DNA of 64,000 nt, taken from assembly GCA_023446865.1 (NCBI GenBank), contig JAEXPL010000115.1, positions 584 to 64,583 on the forward strand, given 5' to 3'. The translations under genes were made by a program, and so were the position numbers. This document shows positions 7,719-16,517 of this stretch, in pieces. A model generated the notes under the pieces. It saw only the letters and a list, made by a program, of their open reading frames with translations, was not told the origin of the DNA and searched no databases. Positions within the stretch are counted from its first letter, which is position 1, and each line of letters opens with the position of its first letter. The DNA is from Verrucomicrobiota bacterium (GTDB taxonomy: Bacteria; Verrucomicrobiota; Verrucomicrobiia; Opitutales; Opitutaceae).

Positions 7719-8543
7719 GTGGCCGCGCGAGCGGTCGAACCCGCCGAGGCGGTGGCCTTCATCGCCGCGCTCCGCGATGGGCTAGTGTCCCGCCGGGACC
7801 TGCCCGGCTTCTTCCGCCAGGCGCCCATCGAAGCCGCGAGCCTTGAGGACGCCTACGGGCGGATGCCCGCCAGCGCCGCGGATCAACGTTCCGTCCTCAT
7901 TTACGAGGGGGACGAGTGGGTTTCAGGGCTGCACAACGGCCCCGGGTCCGGCCACCCCGGGACGTGGCTCGGACCAGTCGCGACCTACTACGATGTGCCG
8001 GTCGCCAGCGCGAAGTTGGCCGCAAGAAAGTCCGTCGAGGATGTGGCGGCACGCATCACCCTGTCGGGCTGCTATGCCCAGCTCCTTGAAGCCTTGACGC
8101 TGTTGGAGGACCGCCCGCGCCCTCAATACGGCCGCTTCGAGCAACATCCGGCACTTCAGCTTCTCTGCGCATGGTGGAACCGCACGGCGCCGGCGGAGTA
8201 CCGCACCGCTGGAACGTTCCGGATCTACGTCTGGAACGAGAACACGCGCGTCTTCGCGCCCGGCGACCCCGAGGAGCCACCCCTTCAGGCAAGCGCGGCG
8301 GCCGAGCTCAAGGGGACTGCGCTGTTCAGGGATCCTGGCGCCCCGACGGTGCTCGTGCATTTCATCCGCGGCCGGAAGTATGACCAGTGCACCCCCAGCG
8401 GCATTTCAATTTACGACACCGCCGGCGAGCTCGTCTGGGAAGTGGGTTCCGACCGCCACGAGTACGACGAGGCGTATTACGCCTACGTGGGCCTCGAAAC
8501 TCTCGCCCAGGAGCTCAACTCCGAGGCGGAACCGCGAGCGTGA
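7719..8543 (+). CDS. Hypothetical protein (GTG start; coding signal extends upstream to 7596)
   Basis: 274-aa ORF. No ATG, GTG or TTG between 7596 and 7719, although that stretch reads as coding (FERFPILIARRTPEGGIFGVWGWEL). Confidence 0.5.
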   Translation: MAARAVEPAEAVAFIAALRDGLVSRRDLPGFFRQAPIEAASLEDAYGRMPASAADQRSVLIYEGDEWVSGLHNGPGSGHPGTWLGPVATYYDVPVASAKLAARKSVEDVAARITLSGCYAQLLEALTLLEDRPRPQYGRFEQHPALQLLCAWWNRTAPAEYRTAGTFRIYVWNENTRVFAPGDPEEPPLQASAAAELKGTALFRDPGAPTVLVHFIRGRKYDQCTPSGISIYDTAGELVWEVGSDRHEYDEAYYAYVGLETLAQELNSEAEPRA

Positions 8544-8576
8544 TCGTCGTTTACCCGGTTTGTCTTCCATGGGAAC

Positions 8577-8611
8577 AAGAAACCCGCCCCTGTGACTGGG
8601 GCGGGTTTCTT
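8577..8611. terminator. Bidirectional hairpin between convergent genes
   Basis: AAGAAACCCGCCCC - 7 nt - GGGGCGGGTTTCTT. Perfect 14-bp stem with T-rich (plus strand) and A-rich flanks. Confidence 0.6.
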
Positions 8612-8636
8612 GTCTTCGGCTCCGTGGGGTGGGCTT

Positions 8637-8882
8637 TCAGCTCCGTCCGGTGATTCCACGGTCGCCAGGGCCTTCCGCGCGGTACTTGTCGGCTTCGCTG
8701 ATCCGGTCGAGCACCGTGCCGACGAAGACCGTAAACGTGCTCCGGTGGGCCTTGCTCCAAGCCGCCACATCGACCCCGCAGCTCTCACGCAGCGCCAAAT
8801 GCCCCACGAACAGGGCGCCGACCGCGAAAACGGCGACGACCCAGAAGGTCACGAACGACTCAAGCGAGATTGGATTTCGCAT
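8637..8882 (-). CDS. Hypothetical small membrane protein
   Basis: One hydrophobic helix (FVTFWVVAVFAVGALFVGHL). GGAGG lies 7 nt upstream of the ATG. Confidence 0.4.
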   Translation of the reverse strand: MRNPISLESFVTFWVVAVFAVGALFVGHLALRESCGVDVAAWSKAHRSTFTVFVGTVLDRISEADKYRAEGPGDRGITGRS

Positions 8883-8915
8883 GGCGTTTTCCTCCGGTTG
8901 GGGGTGGGGGTGGGG

Positions 8916-9125
8916 TTAGAGGGGCAGCGAGGCACTCTCGACCTCTTCGGCCTCGGCCGCAAATCGGCCACCTTCAATTCGGAGTGAAGTTCCGCGAATC
9001 TGAAAACCGGCCGGGCAGACCCCGTGCACCGAGTCGGGAGTCGTAGCAGCAAAGACCGTGATCACGCGCGCGGCCACCGGCCGATAGATCGGGAACCGCC
9101 GTGTTGTGGAGCTTTGGGAATGCAT
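8916..9125 (-). CDS. Hypothetical small protein
   Basis: 69-aa ORF upstream of, and co-directional with, 8637..8882. Weak support. Confidence 0.25.
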   Translation of the reverse strand: MHSQSSTTRRFPIYRPVAARVITVFAATTPDSVHGVCPAGFQIRGTSLRIEGGRFAAEAEEVESASLPL

Positions 9126-9462
9126 TTTGCGCCTTTCTGTAGGAGTGGAGGTTGCGTTGTTTCTGGGCTCAATCTACCCCGTGAAACAGTTCTGTAAACT
9201 CCTTTTTTGTAACGGGTTACCAAACTATTGCCCCAACGGCCTCGGGGTTTCCCAACCCAATAGGTCGAGAGCTTTTCAAGCGCTCAGCCGCGTAACCCAA
9301 ACCCCCAATAACCCATCAGGGCACGCTACATAGGCGCCACGCTGGGCCGCACCCTTTACCTCTTAACCTCTTATCTTCTTATCTTATTTATTTCCTTGCG
9401 CAGCTCGTGAAATGTGCTAGACAAGTCAGCGTCATTTAGGACACCTCGAAACCACCTCACTT

Positions 9463-9927
9463 ATGGCCTCAACCAAGATCGAAATCGCCAAAGTCGCGGA
9501 CACCCTCCGCTCGAATCAACTGGAACCGGCGGTCATGCGCCGAATCCTCGAACAGCTCAACAAGCTCACCGAGGAAGCCGCCAAAGAGGAGGGGGAGAAG
9601 CCGCCGGCGCTGAAGAAGCAGTTCGTCGTGATCGTCTCCGATCCGGACGGCGTGATGCCCGAGCAGGAGCTCGCGGCATGGGTCGTCCAGATCCCCGAAG
9701 ATGCCAGCCCGCTCTCCCTCATGGAGCGCGTGCACAAGGCCGCCTACGATTTCAATGCGACTCGCCGCGGGCGGAAGCTCCCGGTGGAGACCATCGGCGA
9801 AGCCTTCGAGACCATCCCCACCAAGCAATTCTCCGAGGCTGAGGTCTGGCCCAAGACCAAGGTTCCCGTCCTGGTCGTCACCACGGACAACAAGCTGCCG
9901 AAGGACAAACCGTCGGCGAAGGAATAA
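9463..9927 (+). CDS. Hypothetical protein (first gene of the 9.4-16.5 kb block)
   Basis: 154-aa ORF following the AAATGTGCTAGACAAGTCA promoter-like box (9409-9428). Confidence 0.55.
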   Translation: MASTKIEIAKVADTLRSNQLEPAVMRRILEQLNKLTEEAAKEEGEKPPALKKQFVVIVSDPDGVMPEQELAAWVVQIPEDASPLSLMERVHKAAYDFNATRRGRKLPVETIGEAFETIPTKQFSEAEVWPKTKVPVLVVTTDNKLPKDKPSAKE

Positions 9928-9955
9928 CCCTCCACTCACTCAAGGAGACCCCTCC

Positions 9956-10384
9956 ATGAACCCGGCTCTGTCGTACTCCGCAGTCCTGTCGCTCGAATGC
10001 CGCCGCCTTGACGCCAGCAACTCGCTCTCGATCACCGAGGATTCGGGGCGAGCGCTGGTGCGGGTCGGTCCGCTCGCCGCCATTGACGGCGACCAGCTTC
10101 TCACCGCCCTGCGCAAGCTCCCGGACAACGCCGGCAGCGCCGCGGTGTTCGACACTGCCCGGGAGCTGGTGGCCACCACGTTGGCCGCCCGCTTCAACAC
10201 CACCCCTGAGCGCATTCGCGCCCAGTTCACCCAGAACGCCACCAGCGTCCAACAGATGGCGGACAAAGCAGCCGCGCGCCGCGGGCGCCGGCTCAACGGG
10301 TACACCGCAGCCGATCTGCGGCGCCTCGCCGCGGAAGCCGCCGTCCGCGCTGGGATCGTCCAACCGAACGCCGCACATGCCTGA
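9956..10384 (+). CDS. Hypothetical protein
   Basis: ATG 9956 with AAGGAG 8 nt upstream (ORF 9701..10384 frame). Confidence 0.5.
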   Translation: MNPALSYSAVLSLECRRLDASNSLSITEDSGRALVRVGPLAAIDGDQLLTALRKLPDNAGSAAVFDTARELVATTLAARFNTTPERIRAQFTQNATSVQQMADKAAARRGRRLNGYTAADLRRLAAEAAVRAGIVQPNAAHA

Positions 10385-10583
10385 GCAGGTCGCCACCCCC
10401 ACGCAGTTCTACGTCGTGACGACGCGCCCCCGCGACCGCATCTGGCCGGGGGCCTCCGAAGAGGAGGTCCGTCGGACACTGACCCCGCAACTCAAGCCCG
10501 GCGAGTCCATCGTCGCCATGCGCCCCGCTCTCCAGATCGACATCGCCTATGTCGCCGGACAGGGTGGGGACCGCCCGCAGTAG
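10377..10583 (+). CDS. Hypothetical small protein
   Basis: ATG 10377 overlaps the upstream gene end by 8 nt (ORF 10008..10583 frame). Confidence 0.45.
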   Translation: MPEQVATPTQFYVVTTRPRDRIWPGASEEEVRRTLTPQLKPGESIVAMRPALQIDIAYVAGQGGDRPQ

Positions 10584-10611
10584 AACCCCGCCTCTTTCAT
10601 ATCCTCCACCC

Positions 10612-10956
10612 ATGCCACTATCCCTCAGTCACGCGACCACTGCCCTCACCATGGAAGAGGTCGCCGCCATGCTCTCAACTCATGGTGAACCGGACTTCTT
10701 CAAGACCCGAGCCAAGGGAGTATTAGCGGAATCCGCCGCCCTTTTGCAGGTCACCAATGTTCCAGTGACCCGTGTGGCAATTCTCGCACTCGCAAGCTCT
10801 CCGGAGCTTGTGAGTGCCCTGCGCCAGTTCGGGACGTCCATGAACATGGCCGACCAACTGCCGCCGCCTGCCACCTTCACGGGGGAACCTGCCGACCAAC
10901 GGCGCGCCGTTATCGGGACCCTGGCTGGATTGCTTGGGATCTACGCTCGGGCCTAA
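10612..10956 (+). CDS. Hypothetical protein
   Basis: ATG 10612 within ORF 10549..10956. Confidence 0.45.
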   Translation: MPLSLSHATTALTMEEVAAMLSTHGEPDFFKTRAKGVLAESAALLQVTNVPVTRVAILALASSPELVSALRQFGTSMNMADQLPPPATFTGEPADQRRAVIGTLAGLLGIYARA

Positions 10957-10975
10957 TTCCCCAGCGCACTCTAGG

Positions 10976-11218
10976 ATGAGCACCTCCTACAAGATCGGCC
11001 TCGCCGCCATTTCCTCCATGTTGAGCGCCTACGTCGCCGGCTCACGCCTCGCGGCCCCCGACGCTTGGACGCAGTGGCGCACGTACGCGGCGATCCTAGC
11101 CTTCGCGGTCTGCGCCACGGTCTTTCTCCGCCACCTCCTGGCCCTGCACGCCGACCTGACCGCGATCACACAGATCCGGCCGCTGCAACGCCGGGATGGC
11201 AAGTGGCTTATCCCCTGA
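10976..11218 (+). CDS. Hypothetical small membrane protein
   Basis: ATG 10976. Two hydrophobic segments (IGLAAISSMLSAYVAG and YAAILAFAVCATVFL). Confidence 0.45.
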   Translation: MSTSYKIGLAAISSMLSAYVAGSRLAAPDAWTQWRTYAAILAFAVCATVFLRHLLALHADLTAITQIRPLQRRDGKWLIP

Positions 11219-11238
11219 GTGATCCCGGCCCCTTCACC

Positions 11239-13194
11239 ATGCTTACCCTCCATCTCTACTGCCTCGGGCACGACCCCTACGGCGACGGCGGCGGCATCTC
11301 CCGCTGGGGCGAGCGCAAGGGCAAGTTCCCTGACATGGAGTCCGCACTACACGGCCTCCTCGTCGGGCATCCGTACCCGACGGCACTGACCGGCCGCTTC
11401 AGTGGAGTCTTCATCCCCGGCGTCTCATTGAAGGACGTGCCGGAGGCGGAGGTCATCCAGGTCTGGTCCACCGAGCCCCGGGCGCTGGCGAACATCGCCA
11501 ACTTCAGCAAGTCCTTCCCCGATGTGCGTCCCAAATACTGGCCCCACACCGGCGACGGAACCAACGTCGGCCTGCTTGCCGAGATCCACATCAAGACTGT
11601 CCGCGAGTGGCAAAGACCGGCGGTCGCCGGTCTTCTCACGGACGGCAGCGGCATCCCCGCGAGCGCCAGCGCGGCCGGTGCCTTCACCTTGTCTTTCACC
11701 CCTCAGAATCTCAACGCGCTTCAGGTTCGCCTCTTCAAGGCGCAACTCGCCAGCTTCGGCGCCGAACACCGGGCAGGGGAGTCGATTGAGGTTCTCCAAG
11801 GGCACATGGCCCGCTTTGGCGAAGGCATGCGGATGATGAAGGCGTACATCAGCGGCACCCACGGGCTCCAGACGCTCGCCCGCGGTGAGCGCGCGCCGGC
11901 CGAGCTCCCCTACAGCATCTTCCAGAGCCGGCTCTTCCTGACGGAAGAGCTCGGGCTGATCGCCAACCTCATCGACATGGACCACCGGGACATGGATGCC
12001 ATCGACTCTTGGCTCATGCGCAGCGAACGGTGGAAGAAACTCCTGCCTTTGCCCAAATGCATCTTGGTCACCCGCATCTGCCGCGAACGCAAAGAGTATC
12101 GTGAGGAAGGCGCATTCGAGGCCGCCTACCACAACCATTTCAACATGGAGTCGCTCGTCTGGATCCGCGACGGCGACAACGTGTGGCGCTTCGCTACGGA
12201 CATTCAGTTCGAGGACCGGGTATTCCCGGCGGGCGACGATGCGCCGGCCCTTGCCCGTCGAATTCAGGAGAAAATCTGGCAGGAGCATTGGAACGGCGCG
12301 CGCCGACGGGGGCGGGAGGAGTGGGCGAAACGCTCGCGGCATTCCAATGAAGAGCCTGTGGCACCCACCCGGGCGCCCGAGAACGAGCGCGAGCCCGTCG
12401 AGGTCCGCTGGCTCAGCGATGTCGAATACCCGACGCTCGATGCGTACCTTGCCAGCGAGCACTACACCCCCGAGCTGGACGCGTACATCCGGCGCAGGGC
12501 CAATGATGGCGCGCGGCAATACCAGCGGGAGATGATGCCCTTCGCGCTCCTCCTCCAAGGGCTCATCGACCAGAAGAACCTCCTCAACATCCCGCCAGGA
12601 ACCGACATCTTCGATCCCGAGAATCACCGGCGCTTCATCCGCCTGGTCAATGATTTCTCGGACGGGCTCGCCGACGACCGCTTCCAGAAACAGTGGGACG
12701 CCCTCACCAAAGAGGAGGCGCTTCGTCCGGGCGACCGCATCATCGGTTGGCGCTGGGCGTGTTATACCGAGCATTACAGCCACGTCGCGCGGTGGAATCA
12801 TGGTTCCCGCACCAGCACCCCGATGGTCTTCACATTCCACCACCTTGTATCCGCCGAGGATGCCAAGGATGGGCGCACTTTCTATCCGGATTACCATCGT
12901 CTTCATGTCCACGAGTGGGAGCTCTCGCGCCGCTGGGTCTCCAACACTGGTCCCTTCACGAAGAAGCTGGCCACCGCCTCCATTGACATGTCCCGCTGGA
13001 TCCCCGTCGGCCTGCCCGCGAGCCTGGCGGAACGCCTCCTCGATGACCGCAACTGGAAGCGCACCCATCTCTGGGCTGTGCCACTTCTGGCCCAATGGAG
13101 CTCGATCCAACGACAGCTCCGCGAACTTTCCCCGTCGCCGGCGCCAGTGCCCCTCAAGCTCCGCCAAGTGGGGGACACGGAGGATCCCGCATGA
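11239..13194 (+). CDS. Large hypothetical protein (651 aa), no recognisable motif
   Basis: ATG 11239 within ORF 11065..13194. High GC3. The long opposite-strand ORF is treated as an antisense artefact. Confidence 0.6.
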   Translation: MLTLHLYCLGHDPYGDGGGISRWGERKGKFPDMESALHGLLVGHPYPTALTGRFSGVFIPGVSLKDVPEAEVIQVWSTEPRALANIANFSKSFPDVRPKYWPHTGDGTNVGLLAEIHIKTVREWQRPAVAGLLTDGSGIPASASAAGAFTLSFTPQNLNALQVRLFKAQLASFGAEHRAGESIEVLQGHMARFGEGMRMMKAYISGTHGLQTLARGERAPAELPYSIFQSRLFLTEELGLIANLIDMDHRDMDAIDSWLMRSERWKKLLPLPKCILVTRICRERKEYREEGAFEAAYHNHFNMESLVWIRDGDNVWRFATDIQFEDRVFPAGDDAPALARRIQEKIWQEHWNGARRRGREEWAKRSRHSNEEPVAPTRAPENEREPVEVRWLSDVEYPTLDAYLASEHYTPELDAYIRRRANDGARQYQREMMPFALLLQGLIDQKNLLNIPPGTDIFDPENHRRFIRLVNDFSDGLADDRFQKQWDALTKEEALRPGDRIIGWRWACYTEHYSHVARWNHGSRTSTPMVFTFHHLVSAEDAKDGRTFYPDYHRLHVHEWELSRRWVSNTGPFTKKLATASIDMSRWIPVGLPASLAERLLDDRNWKRTHLWAVPLLAQWSSIQRQLRELSPSPAPVPLKLRQVGDTEDPA

Positions 13195-13955
13195 ACACAC
13201 TCGTTCCACGCGACCACGATTTTGCCCGAGAGCAGTGCATCAACGCAGCCTTCCTGCCGCTCGGCGAGCCCACCGACTGGGACGCGGTCATCGCCCATGC
13301 CGCGGATCTCGATGTGGATGCCCTCACCGCCGAACTGCGCTCCGGTGAACCCTACGCCGACACCGCGCTCAATCGGCTGACGGTGTTCCGGCTCAACACC
13401 AAGATCCGGATCGCCCTGCGGCACGCCAAACATCGCCCGCAATACGGCACGGCCATCTGCTCATCTTGCGGCGCGCGCCACACCGACCCCGTCCTTTCTG
13501 CAAGCTGGGCTGTCGGCCGGTGCGTCTACTGCGAGGAATCCAGTCACCTCATCTACAGCCAGCGCGGTCTCGACTGGGGCGGTGGCCTCCGCCTCGCCTT
13601 CGATACCAGCAACAACACCTGGGGCATCGCCTACACGAGCACCAGCGACCGGGACAGCTATCGCGCCGGCATCGTCGTCACAGGCTATCCGTCACGTGTT
13701 GATGCATACGTCGCGCTTCAAGCCTCCGACTACTTCATCTCGCTCTACAACCAGAGCTGCAAGGAGGGGACTGAAGTCTCGGCCGACGAGGTCCTCCCCA
13801 TTGGGAAGCTCTTCAGCCTCGATCTTCCGCTCTCTCCCTCGGGCTGGCGCGCCTTCCTGACGGAGTGCATGCGCTCCGCCGGCACTCAGAACAGCGAGCC
13901 GTACAGTCGCGCCGTCACCGACACGATCCGCGAATACTTCCGGGCGGGGCGGTGA
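13191..13955 (+). CDS. Hypothetical protein with a CxxC...CxxC zinc-ribbon-like element
   Basis: ATGA overlap at 13191. CSSCGARH...CVYCEES. Confidence 0.55.
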   Translation: MNTLVPRDHDFAREQCINAAFLPLGEPTDWDAVIAHAADLDVDALTAELRSGEPYADTALNRLTVFRLNTKIRIALRHAKHRPQYGTAICSSCGARHTDPVLSASWAVGRCVYCEESSHLIYSQRGLDWGGGLRLAFDTSNNTWGIAYTSTSDRDSYRAGIVVTGYPSRVDAYVALQASDYFISLYNQSCKEGTEVSADEVLPIGKLFSLDLPLSPSGWRAFLTECMRSAGTQNSEPYSRAVTDTIREYFRAGR

Positions 13956-13989
13956 GGTCGTTTCTCAACACTGCGAACTCCATCCCGCC

Positions 13990-14643
13990 ATGCGTGAGTA
14001 CCTCTCGGTTCCGTTCTCCGAACATCAAACCGCCAAGCACCGCGGTGCTGCTTGGGACCAGTCGTTGAAGTCCTGGTATATTCCAGACGGAGTCGATCCG
14101 ACGCCGTTCGTCCGCTGGCGCAAGGCCCACTGCTCCGGCGAGCTCCTCGCCAGGTTGCCGCCCGTGTTAGCGAATTTTCTCCAGGTCTGCGTCCCCGCGC
14201 TCGGCCAGCACCACCGCAAGGGGGCGGAGGCTTTGCATCTTCTCAAGGGTGTGCTCCCAGCTCTTCCCTTCGTCAAAGAGCTCGATGAGGACATTCGCGT
14301 CGCAGGTGACCTGGACGGTCATTACGGCGGTTCGGAGCACGGGGTCGAGGTGCCGGTGCGGATCGACGGCCGTATCTCGTGCGTCTTCTGCAATAGCCAC
14401 AGTGTCTCATCCGGCCCCTTTCGCGCACAACACCCCTGGTCCGGCATCTTCGACCTGACCATGCAAGAGATTGCCGATCCACTTGGCACCCCGTCGATCA
14501 TGGGGGAGGCCGACGAGCTCCTCTTCCAGCGATTGGGGCGCACTCTCTTGCGCCGCTGGGATCATCCTGGCTGGCTGATCCATCTCACCTTCCTCAAATC
14601 GTCCGGAGCGCTTCTCCGGGCGACCGTTCAACGCGACGACTGA
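13990..14643 (+). CDS. Protein with an N-terminal primase-associated (TraC/DUF5710-like) motif and no Toprim/primase domain
   Basis: YLSVPFSEHQTAKHRGAAWDQSLKSWYIP matches the PFxEKDxAKxxGAxWDxxxKxWY motif seen at the ends of conjugative primases (from memory). GC3 supports the plus frame along the whole ORF. Confidence 0.6.
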   Translation: MREYLSVPFSEHQTAKHRGAAWDQSLKSWYIPDGVDPTPFVRWRKAHCSGELLARLPPVLANFLQVCVPALGQHHRKGAEALHLLKGVLPALPFVKELDEDIRVAGDLDGHYGGSEHGVEVPVRIDGRISCVFCNSHSVSSGPFRAQHPWSGIFDLTMQEIADPLGTPSIMGEADELLFQRLGRTLLRRWDHPGWLIHLTFLKSSGALLRATVQRDD

Positions 14644-14930
14644 TGCCTACCATCGCCCCAATCACCCCGGCCGGCTGCAATACCGTCGGCCCCAAGATGA
14701 CCCTTCTGCCCGAGGGCAGGGGAGTGTTCCTGGTGGAGATGGATGCCGCCACATTCGCGAAGCTCCAGCCAGAAGCCGGTGAATGGCTTGAGGCGTCGAA
14801 GTTTTTCGATGACGATGGCGCCGGCGGTTCAGCGGTCACCGTGAAAGGGCCTTTCTCCCAGAAGAAGTGCACCCGTTCGGATGGGTGGGAGCTCATGGTG
14901 CGGTTCAAGATCCATCGCCACGCCGGCTGA
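14643..14930 (+). CDS. Hypothetical protein
   Basis: TGATG overlap with the upstream stop. 95 aa. Confidence 0.45.
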   Translation: MPTIAPITPAGCNTVGPKMTLLPEGRGVFLVEMDAATFAKLQPEAGEWLEASKFFDDDGAGGSAVTVKGPFSQKKCTRSDGWELMVRFKIHRHAG

Positions 14931-14992
14931 TTCCGGACGTGTGTAAACCGCGTGACATCACGTCACCCGAGCGGATACGCTTCGCTCCAAGG

Positions 14993-15544
14993 ATGAGCCG
15001 CTTTCTCTCCACTCCTCGCCTCAAATATAATCTCCGTCCAGCACAGGCCCGCGCGATCTCGCGTTACGCCGCTGGTGGACCTTGCCCCGAGTGGATGATG
15101 GGCATCGAACGCTATCCGGTCCCTGGGGGCTGGATGGTCAAGGTGCGCAAGAACCGCAAACTGATCCTGGAATTCTTCCGCGACCGCGATTGGGCGCACA
15201 CCATGAGGCCGCTCCTCCACGCCGCCTTCGCCGCGCTCTGCCTGCGCAATGCGATCTGCGGCCCGATGCCAGTGGAAACCGCGCCGCGCCGCAAGCCCTG
15301 CGGCGGGATGATCGGGCACTACCGCGCGCCGGCGTTCCACATCCGGCCGGCCTCAGCGCCCCACAACGGCCGCGCCGCCTGGGATCACTTCACTCGCGCC
15401 GCCGGCCGCGCGCCGGACCGGATCGTCTGGGACCAGCCCGGCAAGCAATGGCTGGCCTATTTCCAGAAGGAAGCGCCAATGGCCCTGCGCCGAGGCGAGA
15501 AACCTCGCCGACTTTCGCGCCGCACCGGCGTGGCATCCCAATGA
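14993..15544 (+). CDS. Hypothetical protein, weakly AP2-like
   Basis: ATG 14993 within ORF 14867..15544. GGWMVKVRKNRKLILEFFRDRDWA resembles an AP2-type DNA-binding strand-strand-helix, tentatively. Confidence 0.4.
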   Translation: MSRFLSTPRLKYNLRPAQARAISRYAAGGPCPEWMMGIERYPVPGGWMVKVRKNRKLILEFFRDRDWAHTMRPLLHAAFAALCLRNAICGPMPVETAPRRKPCGGMIGHYRAPAFHIRPASAPHNGRAAWDHFTRAAGRAPDRIVWDQPGKQWLAYFQKEAPMALRRGEKPRRLSRRTGVASQ

Positions 15545-16458
15545 AAACACTCCTCGCTCTCACGCTGGCCTTCATCACGGCCGCCAGTCACGCCCAGCTC
15601 ACCGCCGACAATGTGGCCGAGCTCCGCAACCGGCCGAAGGTCTCCATCGTCGCGGAGAACACTCCGTTGTCGGCCATCCTGGCGGACGCGAACATCGGCT
15701 ATGTGTGCGACAAGGAGGTGGGCGACCTGCCGTTCACCTTCACCTTCTCCGGCACTCCCGGGGATCTGCTCTCCATGATCGAGGAGCGAGGAACCGTGGT
15801 TTTCAACTACAGTGACGGCCTGGTCTTCGCCCACCGCGATGTGCTCCTCACCACGCCCTACGTGCTCCAGTACCTGAAGCCGAACGCAGCCCGCTCCCTC
15901 CGGGATAGCGTCCTCCGCCTCCTGGCGTGCGACCCAAGCCTGGTGAACGTGACCATCCCGCAGGGTGGGGGCAGCCCGCTCCTCACCGTGACCGCGACCG
16001 CCCGCGGGCATCGGCTCGTGGCTCCGTTCATCGCGACACAGGACCAGCCGGCGCCAGTCGCGACATTCATCTTCCAGTTCCCCGACGGCAAACCCCTCTG
16101 GGGCTCGCTCCGTCGCGAGGAGGGGGGCGTCTGGAGCTACGCGTCCCTCATGTACATCCCAGTGTCTGACCCGGCCGGCAAGATCAGCAATGTGGAGGTC
16201 GGCCTTCAGGTCCGAGTGTGGCCCGAGGACGACAAGCTCGTCTACGAACTCCGTCACAGCGCGATCACCAGCTACCGCGAGAACGGCGACCCGGTTGCCA
16301 CCCCGCGCATCTTCAAGGGCCGCCTCACCGATTCGCAGACCGTCATCGACGTCCCGGAGATCGAGGTGGCCGCGCCGAAGAAGCAGAAGAAGGGGGCGCA
16401 GCCAGTCCGCCGCATCCCCACCGGGACCTACAAGATCACCATGCTTCCAGCCGAGTGA
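15541..16458 (+). CDS. Secreted hypothetical protein (signal peptide)
   Basis: ATGA overlap at 15541. MKTLLALTLAFITAASHAQ is a signal peptide. The mature protein is beta-rich. Confidence 0.6.
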   Translation: MKTLLALTLAFITAASHAQLTADNVAELRNRPKVSIVAENTPLSAILADANIGYVCDKEVGDLPFTFTFSGTPGDLLSMIEERGTVVFNYSDGLVFAHRDVLLTTPYVLQYLKPNAARSLRDSVLRLLACDPSLVNVTIPQGGGSPLLTVTATARGHRLVAPFIATQDQPAPVATFIFQFPDGKPLWGSLRREEGGVWSYASLMYIPVSDPAGKISNVEVGLQVRVWPEDDKLVYELRHSAITSYRENGDPVATPRIFKGRLTDSQTVIDVPEIEVAAPKKQKKGAQPVRRIPTGTYKITMLPAE

Positions 16459-16480
16459 TCGCAGCTCTCGTCCCCGCGCG

Positions 16481-16505
16481 CCCCGGCCCACGGCCGGGGC
16501 TTTTT
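16481..16505 (+). terminator. Rho-independent terminator
   Basis: CCCCGGCC-CAC-GGCCGGGG followed by CTTTTTC, 23 nt after the stop at 16458. Confidence 0.7.
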
Positions 16506-16517
16506 CATGCGTGCGGC

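Noticed and set aside
8592-8987. 131-aa plus-strand ORF after the terminator at 8577-8611
   Set aside because: It starts inside the terminator hairpin and has poor composition. The opposite strand carries a more plausible small membrane protein with a GGAGG ribosome-binding site (8637..8882).
9106-9333. 75-aa ORF in the 9.1-9.46 kb intergenic region
   Set aside because: GC3 is low relative to neighbouring genes, and the product is Cys/Leu/Asn-rich and implausible. There is no ribosome-binding site or coupling. The region is treated as non-coding.
11425-13209. 594-aa minus-strand ORF, and similar long antisense ORFs (15457..16569, 25507..26178, 29385..30311, 30456..31430, 44320..45198, 46845..47729, 51061..52188, 53362..54186, 54429..55526, 56854..57996, 58273..59106, 59515..60726)
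   Set aside because: Each lies opposite a same-length ORF with better protein-like composition, recognisable motifs or start-stop coupling to its neighbours. Their products are dominated by R/G/L/P/A, as expected for GC-rich shadow frames.
14167-14631. Two minus-strand ORFs in the same frame separated by a single TGA (14407-14409), which might suggest a pseudogene or selenoprotein
   Set aside because: The third codon positions of this frame coincide with first positions of the plus-strand ORF 13990..14643. That plus ORF has high GC3 throughout and a recognisable N-terminal motif, so this is the classic -1 shadow frame.
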